Counted from the whole stretch's first letter, positions 12,499 to 25,192 are shown. The stretch: 60,255 nucleotides of DNA, filler included, from Rhabdomonas costata (GCA_019059605.1; 13 parts of 13 records of this genome joined end to end with filler, not necessarily neighbours in it), one strand, 5' to 3'. Made by a program: numbers and translations. The notes: generated from the letters alone by a model not told the origin.

Positions 12499-13855
12499 CC
12501 TCCGCAAGGCTCCTCTTCGGACGACTCTGAGGCCCGGACCCACTCCCCAAACTCGGGCTCCCTCGGGGGATCCTTCAGAAACCGTAGCCCCTGCAACCCT
12601 TCCAGCGCAGGGGCCGCCGTAGCCGTCTCCGCGGTGCCCTCCCCAACCTTTGAGGTGGTCCCTGCCGCCAGGAGGCACGCCGAGATGAACTCCCGGCACT
12701 GCTCCGAGACGGGGGCATCCGGTGAGGAGGGGGTGGTGCTCGGTGAGCTGGTGACTTCAGAACGAAGAAGGCTTCCCCAGTGGGCCATGGCCTCCGCAGC
12801 GGAGACGGCGGACCCATCGGGGAAGGTTGAGCTGTCAAAGGGCAGGGGAGGGGAAAAAGCATTGGCTCCGGTTCCGTGCCGTGCTCGCACACTTCCCTTG
12901 TAATCGTCGTCGTTTGAGTGGGTTGGTGGGGAAATTTGCGAACGGATTCAGGGCTGGTGTCGTGCGAAATTCGGACACCCCTCTCCCTGCACATGTATAA
13001 ACCTGAAGCAGGTTGGTGAGGATAGGTAAGGACGCGAAAACTTTGCTCCACAGCGCCTCCCTTGCTGAAAACCGCTTTACTGAGGTACCGCTTTAGTGAG
13101 GTAAGGTAACAATCAGGCACATGCCACCATAGAGTAAAAACCACTGGTCTCGTTTTCGGAAAGCCTTCTCCTTAAAACAGTATCGACAAACAACAACTCC
13201 CCCCGTTCCCAACCCCGCTGAAGGCGCTCGCTTCGGCCCAAACCATAGCTGCGGCAGCAGAGGTCCCGCATCCTCGAGGGTGGGCAACGCTCCGGGCTCC
13301 ATCACAAGCGCAGGGGCCCCAAGTGCACACTCCTGCGAGTACACGAGGGCACACAAGTGATTTGGAAGCGAGCGGTATGACCACCGGAACTGCCAATCAA
13401 GAATTCATTCCGCAGGGGTTCGGAAAGTTGAAAGGAAGAAAAAAGTGGTTTTTGCAGAGCCCATCTCCCACCAAAGCTCACAGCTCGTGTTAGAGTGGAA
13501 AATTTTACGGATTCGCTGTGCCAAGTTCCAAAATCTTCTCACATTCATAACTCCATTCAAAAAGCCTGCATGCAAATACCGCGCAGGTCATCCCAAGGCC
13601 CCACGCTCCCACCGAGAGCAGCTCCTTGTCAACGTCCCCTCCCAGCTCCTTCTCCTCCCCTTCCGCTTGTGCAGGCTCCGCAGCAGGCGGCAAGCTCAGC
13701 TTCGCACAGACCCCAAAGTCCGCCAGCTTCACCTGACCCTGCCGGTTCAGCAGAAGGTTCGACGGCTTGAGGTCCCGGTGAAGGATCCCCGTGTTGCGGA
13801 GGTGGATCAGCCCGGCTAGCACTTGCCCCATCATCGAGGACAGGATGCTCATCGG
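12499..13855 (-). CDS. STE7/MAP2K-like protein kinase C-lobe with degenerate activation segment; exons 13855-13580, 13332-13244, 12831-~12499; 5'-truncated
   Basis: HRDLKPSNLLLNRQGQVKLADFGV is intact. The spliced WGLGMTCA|ECALGAP and SEQCREFISACL match subdomains IX and XI of MAP2Ks. Confidence 0.8.
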
Positions 13856-16218
13856 NNNNNNNNNNNNNNNNNNNNNNNNNNNNNNNNNNNNNNNNNNNNT
13901 TAATTAATTAANNNNNNNNNNNNNNNNNNNNNNNNNNNNNNNNNNNNNNNNNNNNTGTGTTGTTGGAACCTGGTGTATGAAACCATACTCCCCACTACAT
14001 GCTGGTTGCACTCTAGCATCTAGGAAGAGCGTAGCAATTGTAAGTGTGGATGGAAGCATGGAAAAGGGGAACATGAGACAAGGAAGAGGAATGTACGTAG
14101 CGAGCGCAGCGAGCGGAGTCAGCGTAATATTACGAGCAAAGTGAGCGCAGAGACCGGAGTGATACACACAGCGACATCCTTTTCTTTAGCCCTCTGGTTA
14201 CAATTTCCATGCATCTATGCGTAGTAATACAAGAACATACACTCAAGACTATGGACTGAATCCAATCAATGATACGTGTGTTATGCCGTGCAGTAAACTT
14301 ATGTTCTCTGCTGTAATTGCCACACATTTGTAGAGTCATCAAGTATGTTAGAGCTAGTGTTCACGACACATAGTATCAGTCCTTGCGTGTACACCACATG
14401 TCTGACTAACTAAACCACATGTAGCCCTGGAAGGGAAGTCGTTCCACCGACCAACATGGTACTACCCAACATACATGTGTATCATTTCATAACCACATTA
14501 TAGTGTGTGGACAGGGAACTGAATCTTGTACATAACAGTGACGTTACAGTGATACTCACTACTGAACAACACAGAGTACATGACACGACCTCTTCCATGC
14601 AATTTATATAACCAACTGAGTGTAAATGGCCACAGCGTGTTAGCCCACAATAAAATATGGGACACGTTGTACAACCAGATCCACTGTAGCGGTTGATGTA
14701 GCAGCTTACCGGTTATTTTTCAATGCCCTCGACTACTGCTCAAATCTCAACAGTAGCTAACTGTACAACCACTACCACTCGCAGAAGTGACTCTAAGCCA
14801 TTGAGATGGACAGTGCAATGTTGTGATGCCACCATTGGCACCACTGACGCTGCAATCACAACCACCACATCATGTCAAGCACTGAAGCAACGGAAGTACG
14901 CCAATAGCTACTAATACATACTACCAATCTCTGCTAGTGACGACTTTAGCAATAATGCAGCGAATGGTTAACGTGGAAACTCCAGCCATCATGTGCAATG
15001 CTACGACAACAACCAAGGTTACGACAACCACAATCATCACATCAACGTAGCATGTATGCATGAAACAGTGTCACTCAGTGGTACGCTGTTTTCCACAACT
15101 TCCAGTTCCACATCCACAGAAGTGAAGAGTGCGTGTATAGTAGTTTCTAGAAAATCAACATCACACATATATTGGAATCATGGCCTGAGTTGTTGCAGAA
15201 GCGCGGTGATGACGCCAAAACAGCAGGGTGGTGGATGTTTACATGATGGCTACTTGGACGGTATTTTACACAATGATGTCAATCTCTCAGCCAGCCTCCA
15301 CTCAACCTTACTCACTCCAATGAGTAAGAGTGTGAGAGTGTGTGTAATTGTGAGTCTATCAAGCACAATACAAGATGCTGAGTGTGACGTGTGATGCTAC
15401 TCCGCTACAATAAGTGCACTTCTAATCAGCTTCATGCTGCCACACTTGCTACCTCTATGCATTCCTGACTCTGATAATGAGGCCAAGGGTGACAGAGAAA
15501 TGGTGGATACTCCCATTTTTGTAAAGCTATAGCTCCATTCCATACAGGCCGAAGCCTCATGTCATTCCGCTAGTAATGTTCAAATTCCCATTCGTGGTGT
15601 CCTGGGACCATAAACACCCAAGGGTGATGTGTATCGATACGCTTTGTACATGCTGCGCATCTCCTCGCTACGCTCTAAATGTCTTTACGTAGAAAGAAAA
15701 CTAAATGTTTCCGCGTCGCTGGTAACTACGTTCCTGGATCATTTTTGGTCACTCGTCGATGCTGCACATTTCCTCGTTCCTACTCCAACTCCATCTCGCT
15801 ACAATTGTGGTAGCTTTTGTGAAAACCATTCATACGTCCTCGCCGTGGTGACACTACATATGCAATTGTGGCTCTGAATAATTTTGGCACTAATACAATG
15901 ATTGTATTGCTTTGTGAATGGAAACTGTATGCGGAAAGTGATGATATATATGAGGATAGTGATAGATCATCATTTGAGGTTCAGAAATTTGCACTTACTC
16001 ACAGGAAGCCTGGATATACAGCAGTGGTGGAAACACGCAGCTCACAATATTGCATTTGCAATTCACGTGGTGCTGTAAACAAGATGATAGAGTGATTTTA
16101 ATGCATATTACTGACATGTGCATTGCATTTTACTATCATCTCCACACGTTTCATGAAGTGGTGATTTTGCTTACTGTTTTTACATGAGTGTGTGTCCATT
16201 TGCTCCTGCTGACGTTCA

Positions 16219-16830
16219 TTGAAGAAGAGCGTCAAAGTAAGTGCTGGAGATGGTGCTTCCTGTGAATGCTTGGAAACTCATCTGACAATGTTTCAAAAGT
16301 GTGCTCTTAACCAACAAGACGCAACTGTGGATAATATAGGCGGAAAAGACAAGAAAATTGAGGCTGACGAGACTGATGTGGGAAGAAAGATTAAAGGATA
16401 ACGTAGTCATGATTACACGATCCTTGGGAATGTTCGTAAAGTGATTGGCAGTGCAAATGGCCTGCTTTATTTGGAGGTTTTTGATAAGCTTCAGGATGAT
16501 TGCAATGAGCGCAGTTTTGGCCCACATAATATATTGGATGCCAGCTCTTTGTTTGACTACGTAAATTCTGGATTTCTCCTGCAGTGCAAAGACCTATATT
16601 GCACAGGCAAAGAAGCGCGGGCTGCTAGTCTCCTGTGTAGACCATGGCAATGGGGAGTACGTCCGCAAGTAACAATTGCGTGGCAATATGCGCACTGTGA
16701 GCACACAGGGCATTGATGACTAAAGTGTGGTTGGCTGCCAGATGTCGTGCAAATGCCGACCACGATATGTGGCGTAACACTATAGGCAACGCTGCCATTT
16801 TTGTAAAGATGTGTGATCATGTTCGTGACT
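16219..16830 (+). mobile_element. Decayed Merlin/IS1595 (ISXO2-like DDE) transposase remnant
   Basis: IGGKDKKIEADETDVGRKIKG*RSH matches GGxxxxVExDETxxGxRK. After a frameshift near 16570, FSCSAKTY...VDHGNGEYVRK*...VSTQGID matches SDxxxxY...VNHSxxEYV...HTNxIE. Internal stops are present and no TIRs were identified. Confidence 0.75.
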
Positions 16831-18242
16831 GACTTCGTATTAGTCTTTCATGGAGTTAGGGAGCCATGCCTACAAACCAAAGGAGCCTTCAGTGCGCGTT
16901 TGATGTTGTTAGGAAGCCTTCCAATGTGGCGTGGGAACCTACCATTTTTCTTTGTACTCTGCCAAAGTGATGTCATTCATTCATTACATCTAACGTATAC
17001 CTTTCTGCTCTTTCATTACAATCCAACACAGTTACACCACAATTTAATTCTGCCACAACAGCCAGTAGGTTGAATTAATTGTGCACAAATAATCTGATTT
17101 GATTGGCTGTGGAGCACGTTCCTCGCTCAATTATTTCATAATAAGAACCCACTTAAATCAACGTTATTCTTTACACTGCTTTTATTTACTGCGTGTCTTG
17201 CATTCAAAACTCTCACAAATTACACAACTGACAATTTAATCATCAGCCAAGAGTTAGAACTCACAGTGCTTTGGTTTTCAAAACAATCGAACGCTGGTTT
17301 TCAGTATGCACATGCCAGATTTGCTCAGACTCTCCACGGATGTCTGTCTACGCTGTTACAGTTATTAATTTTGTTCAATAAGACGTTTTGGTGTTTTTTT
17401 TAGTGGATAGTCTATGCGCATTATACAATTTATTGTTACTTCCAATTAAAACATCGACATCATCTGGTAATTTTTAATTCTTTGGCAGCACTTCTTGTTC
17501 CATTTCCAGTTGAATTCTTTTGATTTCTTGTTTACTTTGTTTCTGCCATGTTTTTTCCATCACAAGCTGTATAACATTTTATGAAGATGCGGAAATCTAT
17601 GTAGTTTTTAACGGGCTGTTCTAGGAAGCTAACATAATCGTGTTGTTTGTTTGTGTATTTATCTATAACTAAGCAGTATTTGATACACTTTCTTGTGTTG
17701 TCGTTCACACACCAGCATTCTTCTGTAGAATCATCTCCTGTACCCATACACTCTGTCACTGACAGTGGTATTGTGCCATTTTGACGCATACAACTCATTT
17801 ATGGAAACGACTCTATACAAAATTACACCGCAAATATTCTCTTCTGTCAATGCACTCATGCATGCTATGCTCCCTACATCTTCTTCGTCACATCCCAATG
17901 TCTCTAACCTAATACCAAAGCATTGTGTACACTATGGATCATACCACAAAGCTGATTTCATTGCGCAGACTTAGAACCATAATCTTAAGAAATCTACATT
18001 TAATAGCAACACGGGTGACAACTTGCACATAATATGGAAAACATTATGCACGACGTTAATTGAAGAATAAACGTTGTAACAAAAAAGAAAAAATGTAGTG
18101 AACAATACGTAGTAATAATGGTAGAAGTGCACAAACTATGATATCCATAAAACTTGTTGTAACTACAACATAAATACCAGTCAACAGGCACCAAGAACAA
18201 CGGTGAAGAGGTTATAGTGGTCACCCCGTTGGGTCTAAAATT

Positions 18243-18527
18243 AGAAACCGCTAGACACACCGAGGAGCCACACGCGACAAACAAAGGCTGATCCACAAGC
18301 ACCATACGCACCATACCCAACTCCAACGCACCACTACCCACCAACCGAGAATCCACACCGTTCAACTCCCACTACCATTGATGACCAACAACTGAAGCAA
18401 ATTCACCACGAAACGACGCCAGATCCACACCACCAGTCACCGCATACAAAGTAGCCATACCATGCACCAACCCCAAGCACAAAAACGCAACAGGCACCAC
18501 CGTCCACAACATCTCCAACACCGAATG
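18243..18527 (-). pseudogene. cox2: Mitochondrial-type cytochrome c oxidase subunit 2 fragment with one in-frame TAG (NUMT or mtDNA gene piece)
   Basis: 95 codons in one frame: HSVLEMLWTVVPVAFLCLGLVHGMATLYA...SVVGHQW*WELNGVDSRLVGSGALELGMVRMVLVDQPLFVACGSSVCLAVS. These match Cox2 LExxWTxxP, LY, GHQWYW and DS...G..R...VD at the expected spacing. Codons are strongly G/T-biased, unlike the nuclear exons. Confidence 0.85.
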
Positions 18528-19024
18528 CTNNNNNNNNNNNNNNNNNNNNNNNNNNNNNNNNNNNNNNNNNNNNTTAATTAATTAANNNNNNNNNNNNNNN
18601 NNNNNNNNNNNNNNNNNNNNNNNNNNNNNGGTTTTGGGTCGAATTTAACTTTTTTGGGGAGCCTCCTGGAGACTTCACAAGCTCACGAGGGAAGGCCGCG
18701 GTGCAGGAAAACATTCCAGGGGGAGGAGGGGTGCCTCAGGGTCAAAAAGAGCCCTTGAGCAAGGAGCGCCATAAAGGTTCAGAATTTACTTGCCTTGTTC
18801 TTTTTCCTGGAGAGGACTGAAATCGAATATTTGCCGCACTATACGTTATCCATTGCATCTTCGAATAGCTTCGTTATTGTTCATTAAATCACCAGCTAAT
18901 TCGTTCCTTCCAGTCGGGCAAATGAGCTCGAAAATAACCCGAGGAAAATGCCCAGTTTACTGATTTCCACTAAGTTTACAAAGCACGAGGCGACGGGATC
19001 TGCAAGGTTGCAGGGTCAACACAC

Positions 19025-20740
19025 CGTCAGCGCTGTTGTCCCAGTAGGCGCAGTAGCTGGAGTGGAAGCCCGCGCCCGTCTTCTGCATTAATATGACCGT
19101 CACTGAAAGACATGAAGGACAAGATACATTCAACAAGTGAGCGCGGGACGCGCAATTAAAGGAAGGCGAGCGGTGCAACCTTCAGAATTTGTACGCTCGC
19201 CAGAACTGACACCTCCAAAAAGCTTCACCGTCATTTGGGCAAACCTCACTTGTGCAGTTTTGGTTCACAACCACGTCTAGCATCTGGTATATAGCGTTCC
19301 TGCCTCAGATCAAGCAAGCACAGCTGGTTTTGTAACGCATCGCCTGTCCTCAACCTGAAGTGAGGGAAAATGACTGCGCTGATTCCAAAAGGTCTCCAGC
19401 GGCATAGGATCCGCACCTATGTATTTGAACGGCTTCTTCATCTCCGCCAGCCTCTTTAGGCAGTGTTCGATGATGTTGCTGGTCCACTGGTCGACCTTCT
19501 TGCCGTTCCACTGCACGCTGTTCAGGGTGGTCTTCATGCTCTGCAACCAAGTAATCACCGCCATTCAAGGAAGCAGCATGCCAGCAAATTTAGGAGAAAC
19601 AGCACAAACGCCCACATATTTTGGCACTACAAGTGATGGTAACCCACCACCAAGAAAACGTCAGCGATGAAGTTCCGTCGGTTCTTCCCAACATGGAGAG
19701 CCATCGGTTCGATTGTGCATTGCCACTGACTACCTCTCCTGTCCCATTTCCTTCCAACTGGGGCTGCATTCTGCTTGCATTCCAGGAAACTTGCAAAGCA
19801 CACTGTTGGGAGTGTGTGCATTCCCTTGTCTCACATGGACAGGTTCATTTGGGCAACCAGAAACTAAAAGCAAGAAAGCTGCGTCCTCGATTATGTACAA
19901 ACATACGGTTTACTTCACGGTTGCAGTGTACATTGTTGGTATGCGCAAGCTTAATTCTTATCGATTTTTTTTATTATGTGACATATGCGAGAATAAGATA
20001 ATGAACAGGGAACACGAAGTTCCATTTTTTTTGCACTCCACGAATAACCTCCAGAGACCCCTTGTGCGGCATTTCGGCTCAATAGGTCAGGCCTATAGGC
20101 CAGCTGAACCATAGCGTGCAATGGTACCCCTCACGGAACTCCTCAGAAAGCGTGCTTTTTGTGCTGCTTGTCCAATGATTGTCCCCGTTCTTTCTGGTAT
20201 CCATGGCGAAATTTGTTCTTCAGAATCAGTATTTAATGTCGATCACTGCATGGTTTGACGGAGGCAATGCTAACTAACTTAAAAGTCATTAACAGGCAAT
20301 AAAGAAAGAATAAAATTTCATGCGAACTTTACCTTTGCACGAGAGATAGATATTCGTAATTCGCCCATAATTTGCACAGCTTTCGCACATCCCCCAGCCA
20401 ACCAGTTAAACCTGTCCATAGCAAATCCACCCGAATCCGAACAGAACGTTTTTTCCAACAAGTTACAACCTACAGCGTTGTGGTTGCTGCACACTTTTTC
20501 AATTTCTTTTGTGATTCTTCGCCATCCATCGGCACAGGGGAAAGGAATATTGGTATAGTCTTCGGGCAGGCACGCCAAGAATACTACGTCGAATGCCCTA
20601 TGGCAAAGACGCCGAGAAAAAGTTTCACGGGGTCACTGCGAGAACCACACCTCATCAATGATCTCGTGGATCTTGTCGCTGTTTAGGGTGATCTCCTCAG
20701 AGTCTTCCCCCTCCCCCTCGGGTCCCTCCGCACCAGAGTG
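19025..20740 (-). CDS. Tctex-1 family dynein light chain; exons 20740-20651, 19540-19417, 19102-~19025; ends not resolved
   Basis: Spliced EITLNSDKIHEIIDE|SMKTTLNSVQWNGKKVDQWTSNIIEHCLKRLAEMKKPFKYIVTVILMQKTGAGFHSSYCAYWDNSADG contains the Tctex-1 hallmarks KPFKYIV, MQKxGAG and WDxxxDG. GT-AG phases are consistent. Confidence 0.92.
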
Positions 20741-21983
20741 CTGCAGAAAAAAGCCACTCAATTCCCACGCACGTTTTCGGTACGCCACTTAAAAGCATAG
20801 AAATGGTCCACCCAGCGATCCAGCTAGGTGTTGCGAACTTTCCTTTTACCGGAAGATGAGAAAGGTGATGGTGATGCACACAGGGTCGATATTGAAGGGA
20901 CATTAGCACCCTGTCTTTTCCCTTGGGCCCACAGAGTCCTTGATATTTTTTTTGTCCAGACAAAGGGCATACAAGCAACTGAAGACAAACCCCAGCTCAG
21001 AACTTAGGCAACGTCACCCAGTCAGAGAGAAGGCACGAGACGGTATACCTCAACACAGTCGTGGGGAAAAACGCAAGTGATCAAATCGGAGAGTTCAACG
21101 AGACAAAACGGGACCTTGGATGACGGCTGTCCCTTGGAGTCCACAAGGAATGCGTAGGAGCCCGCCATCTTTTCGTCCCTTTTAAGGATATACCGCAAGG
21201 GTTTGTGGCGAGAGAAGCACTGCTAGAATAAAAAGGCGTCTGTGGAACGGATGGGAAAGAGAAGAGAGCGGTGAGGGGGGGGGATGTTCCGAAACAGGCG
21301 CAGTACCCTCGCCGCTGGTGGAAACACAATTTCTAAATGCACTGCTGTGGCACGGGTGGGCTTGACGCCCAAATGTTCAGGCCGCTGATGAGGATAAGAA
21401 ATGGAATGGGGAGAGGATGTGAAGGCATTTGTTCGTGGGGTTTGCTTGCCGTACTTTACGGCTTGCACTCTGGATGAAGACCAAAGCTAGACACCAAACA
21501 ATTCATGTCTGCACTTGCAGGTGCCGGGTCTTCTGTAATCTCTTTCGCGGAATTTCGGCACACTGCCATAGAAAGAGATGAATCGCAGGACAAAATCGCA
21601 AAAAAGGTATCGGGTGACTACACTTTGCAGGGATAAGTGAATACTACGGCCACTTGGGGACTTTGAAAAGAAGATTGGGACCTTGGAAGCGGCGACACTT
21701 TGAAAACCCAGCTTGAGAGCACAAGCAATCAGCATCTGCTCATTCTCCAAGCCACACTTCTTTTACCGAAGGACCAGGTTAGACTGCATTCTCCATCCGT
21801 CGATGGAATTTTCCCGAAAATCACAAAATACTCTTTTTGTTTTGCGAGGCCCTGAAACGGGCTGAGAAGTATTACTCCGCTCTGATCTCCAGCCCAAAAC
21901 TAAAACCGGAGTCCGAGCAACCCGCAGGAGCGTCCGGCACACGCGAAGAAGCAAAAGTTATTACTGTGGTGTGGGGAAGTATC

Positions 21984-23130
21984 CTAAAACTGGAAAACCT
22001 CACCGCCACCGGAGGGAAGTGCTCCTCGAGGCGGTGCCCCAACCTGCCGGTCACGGGGAGCAGCAGCAGCAGCAGCAGCCTCCAAGGCTGCCTTGAATGT
22101 GGTGGGGTCATGGGCAGAAATGTGAAGGGCAGCGCGCTGCCTCCCATGGGCCCTCAGCTTCAGGGGGCAGCCAAGGATCTCCAGGGATTCCTTCCACATG
22201 GCCGTGCCTGCCTCGCGCTCCGAGGCGAACTCAACGACACCCCAGCCCAGGTCAGGAAAATATTCAGCCTTCTTCACTCCAGTGATGAGGCCTTGCAGGT
22301 GCCTGAAAACGATGTCCGACATCCGAGACGAGGATGCAGCAGGGTCTTGAGCGGGTGCCTGCCCAAAGCTCGCCCCCGGGGTGGCTGTCGCTGAAAACAC
22401 AGTGCGTGGAGAATCACAGTGCAACTTGTGCCCATAACTTAATAAGAACGCATTTCAAACAAACCAAAGCGGTGGAAAACACAAAAAGGTGAAGGCGGGA
22501 GGAGGGTAGCGGACAACAATCGCGACTGCAACTTGACCTGATATCAGAAAAAGGGCTGGGGATGGTATCGAGTGGTCAGGCTTACCCTGCCGTGCTGAAG
22601 TGGCGGAAGATGAAGGAAGAAAAACCCCCCGGGGGCAAAAAAGTCTTACCAGCTGGATTTGGAGCCGAAGTTCCTCGGGTTTCTCGATGAGCAAGGCACG
22701 GGACGCCCGCAAGCATCACTGCGGCGGCCTTTCCTGATACCATATAGGCTCTCTCCGAGCTGAAAAACAGAGCAACCGGGTGTGTCAGCCATGCATGGCA
22801 GCACAGCATCGCAATGCCCTCCCGAGCAAGGTCCTCCGCCACCTCAGTCTGCAGCAGCGCGTGCGGGTCCGTGCGAAAGAGCACTTCACGTGGGCGGCTT
22901 TTGGCCACCTCTGCGGCGAGGCGGTGCCCACGTATCGACGAAGGCGCATGGAGGACGGCTGCCGCGGCCTCCTGCGCAGATCCGAACCGGCCGAAGAGCA
23001 GTCGGGGACCGAGATAGCAGGAGACATGCTCAATCCTCGGGAACTGATGAATGAGAATGCTCCTCAGCACGTCGGAGTATCTAACCTCGAGCGGAACAGG
23101 GAACAGGGGCCTGGTCGTCACTGTGAGCAC
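21984..23130 (-). CDS. Putative divergent multi-RRM RNA-binding protein (partial, spliced)
   Basis: Two GC-rich open segments carry RNP1-like motifs followed by helix and strand: LLFGRFGSAQEAAAAV...IRGHRLAAEVAK and GWGVVEFASEREAGTAM...ILGCPLKL. Exon borders are uncertain. Confidence 0.55.
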
Positions 23131-23406
23131 AAAGAGATGCTTATTCAGCTCTCATTGTGCTCACACCCACANNNNNNNNNNNNNNNNNNNNNNNNNNNNN
23201 NNNNNNNNNNNNNNNTTAATTAATTAANNNNNNNNNNNNNNNNNNNNNNNNNNNNNNNNNNNNNNNNNNNNACTGAAGGCGAGGTTGTTTTATGATGTCA
23301 TTGTATACGGCACCTCACGCATGCTGGTCCAAGCAATACATTGGTGTCCCCTCGTTTGCTGACGTGCGAGTGGGGTTCCTGCTTCTGCACTGTGCCGTCC
23401 ACACAG

Positions 23407-25192
23407 GCTGGGGCCATCTCTACATCACCACGGAGCTGGGCACGAATGAGGGCTGGTGGGCTGCGGGCTTCCTGGAGGGCAGCCTGACCTCTCACCGCAT
23501 CTACGAGCACTACATCAGCTGGTATGATACGAAGTTTCCGAACGGGAGCACTCCCACAAGGCCCTCGAAGGCAGTGTGGAAGTTTATCCAGGACCAGTAC
23601 GAGTGGGCAGCCTCGCAGGCCGAGGAGCACAGCGCCAAGGGCTGCAATTACTGGACTCAGGTGGCGCGAATCCTGAGCTTTACCAACGGGGTTGCCGCAG
23701 GCCAGGCCTTCTTTGCCCCAGCGAAGGAGGCGCTGTCGTGGCTTGAGATGCTGCTGCTGCAGGCGAAGGCGATCTCAGCAACATCCAACACGCGGTGGAC
23801 TCAACTGGACTGGACTGGGATAATCTGTCCGATGAGGAGCACTTCCTGGAATGGCACAAGCGGGTGTCTTGCTCGGTGCTGTGGAAGGTGAACGACGCGC
23901 TGACCGACGTGATTGTGGCCCACAATACTTGGACGTCGTACCAGACCATGCTGCGGGTGATGAAGCACTATGACCTGGCTGGGCATCCCGATGCCAAGGC
24001 CCCAAATCAGACTGTGGGGCACTACAAGGCCCTTTTCAGCTCCTATCCTGGCACGGCGCAAAGTGTGGATGACTTCTACACACTTCCGCTGTCCCACCAG
24101 CAGCTGGTGGTGACAGAGACAACAAATAACATCTACAATAAGTCTCTGTTTGGCTCCGTCACCCCGAAGTCGCTTCTGTCATGGCAGAGCGTGATGGTGA
24201 GCAATGCGCTGGCCCGGAACTCGTCCGAGTGGACCCAGATCTTCGCGAAGCACTGCTCTGGCACCTACTCCAACCAGTGGATGGGTAAGGAGCAATTGGG
24301 AGGAAGGAGCTTTGGTTTTTGAAATGAAACCTGTGTGTGTTCGACCTTCCCTACTGAGGAATAAATCACGGGAAGAAATAAAGGTGAACTGTGGTGTGAG
24401 AGACGGAAAGGGGTGAATATGGGGATCTGGTGACTTTGCTCTACTGAGGGTAAGGTTTCGAAAGAAAGCGGGAGACACCGCCGAAAAATTGTAGGTTTAC
24501 TCTAAGTTTATTTATCAGCTAAGTGTTAATCTGGCTGTCTCTTCCCCCTACCTGCTCTGAGTGTTTGCAAGGCCGATTGAAGTCCTTGCCAGGGCTTCTA
24601 CCAAACCCTTAAATAAATGGTTTCAATAAATGGCAAAAAGTGATCCGAAGTTAGTTCTAAAACACTAGGCACATGTAGAGCAAGGAGAAAACTATCCTCT
24701 GATAACCGCGGCCTCCTTGATAATCCTGCACACGCACGCTCACACTGCTGGGATCCCGAGACCGCAACGGGCATCAGAAGGAGAACCCCTTTATTCACTT
24801 CCCATGCGCATCTGCCGAAAACTTCAAGTGTCAGGTAAAGTGTGAAAGCCCCTTGGGAGGCCGCTCCCCAGATTCCGTGCATATGCACCACGTCTTAAGA
24901 TGCGTCGAGTCCTGCCCGCGTAAACACAGAAATCCTGTGTTGTGACACGCTTTATCTTTCGTTTGAACTCATCTCTCCCATGAGCCCATGTATTCTCTGT
25001 TTCTTTACCGGTGATCAGTGGGGGACATGAAACTCTTCACCCCGGGTGAGGGCACGAAGCCCGGCTTCTTGCACATTATCGAGGTCTTGCCGGGATACAC
25101 CCACGCCGGGGACGTGACAGCCGTGATGGTGGCGCAGGGGAACTACTGGCCCAGCTACAACATCCCGTATTTCGTCGACATTTCACGGCTTT
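23407..25192 (+). CDS. Phospholipase B-like (PLBD, Ntn-hydrolase) with a 1-nt frameshift near 23765; exons 23407-24284 and 25019-gap
   Basis: Motifs GWGHLYI, AGFLEGSLT, GDL, SCSVLWK (nucleophile Cys), AHNTW, FSSYPG..S.DDFY, ETTN, SGTYSNQWM and YWPSYNIPYF occur in order. The GT-AG intron 24285-25018 is phase 1. Confidence 0.9.
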
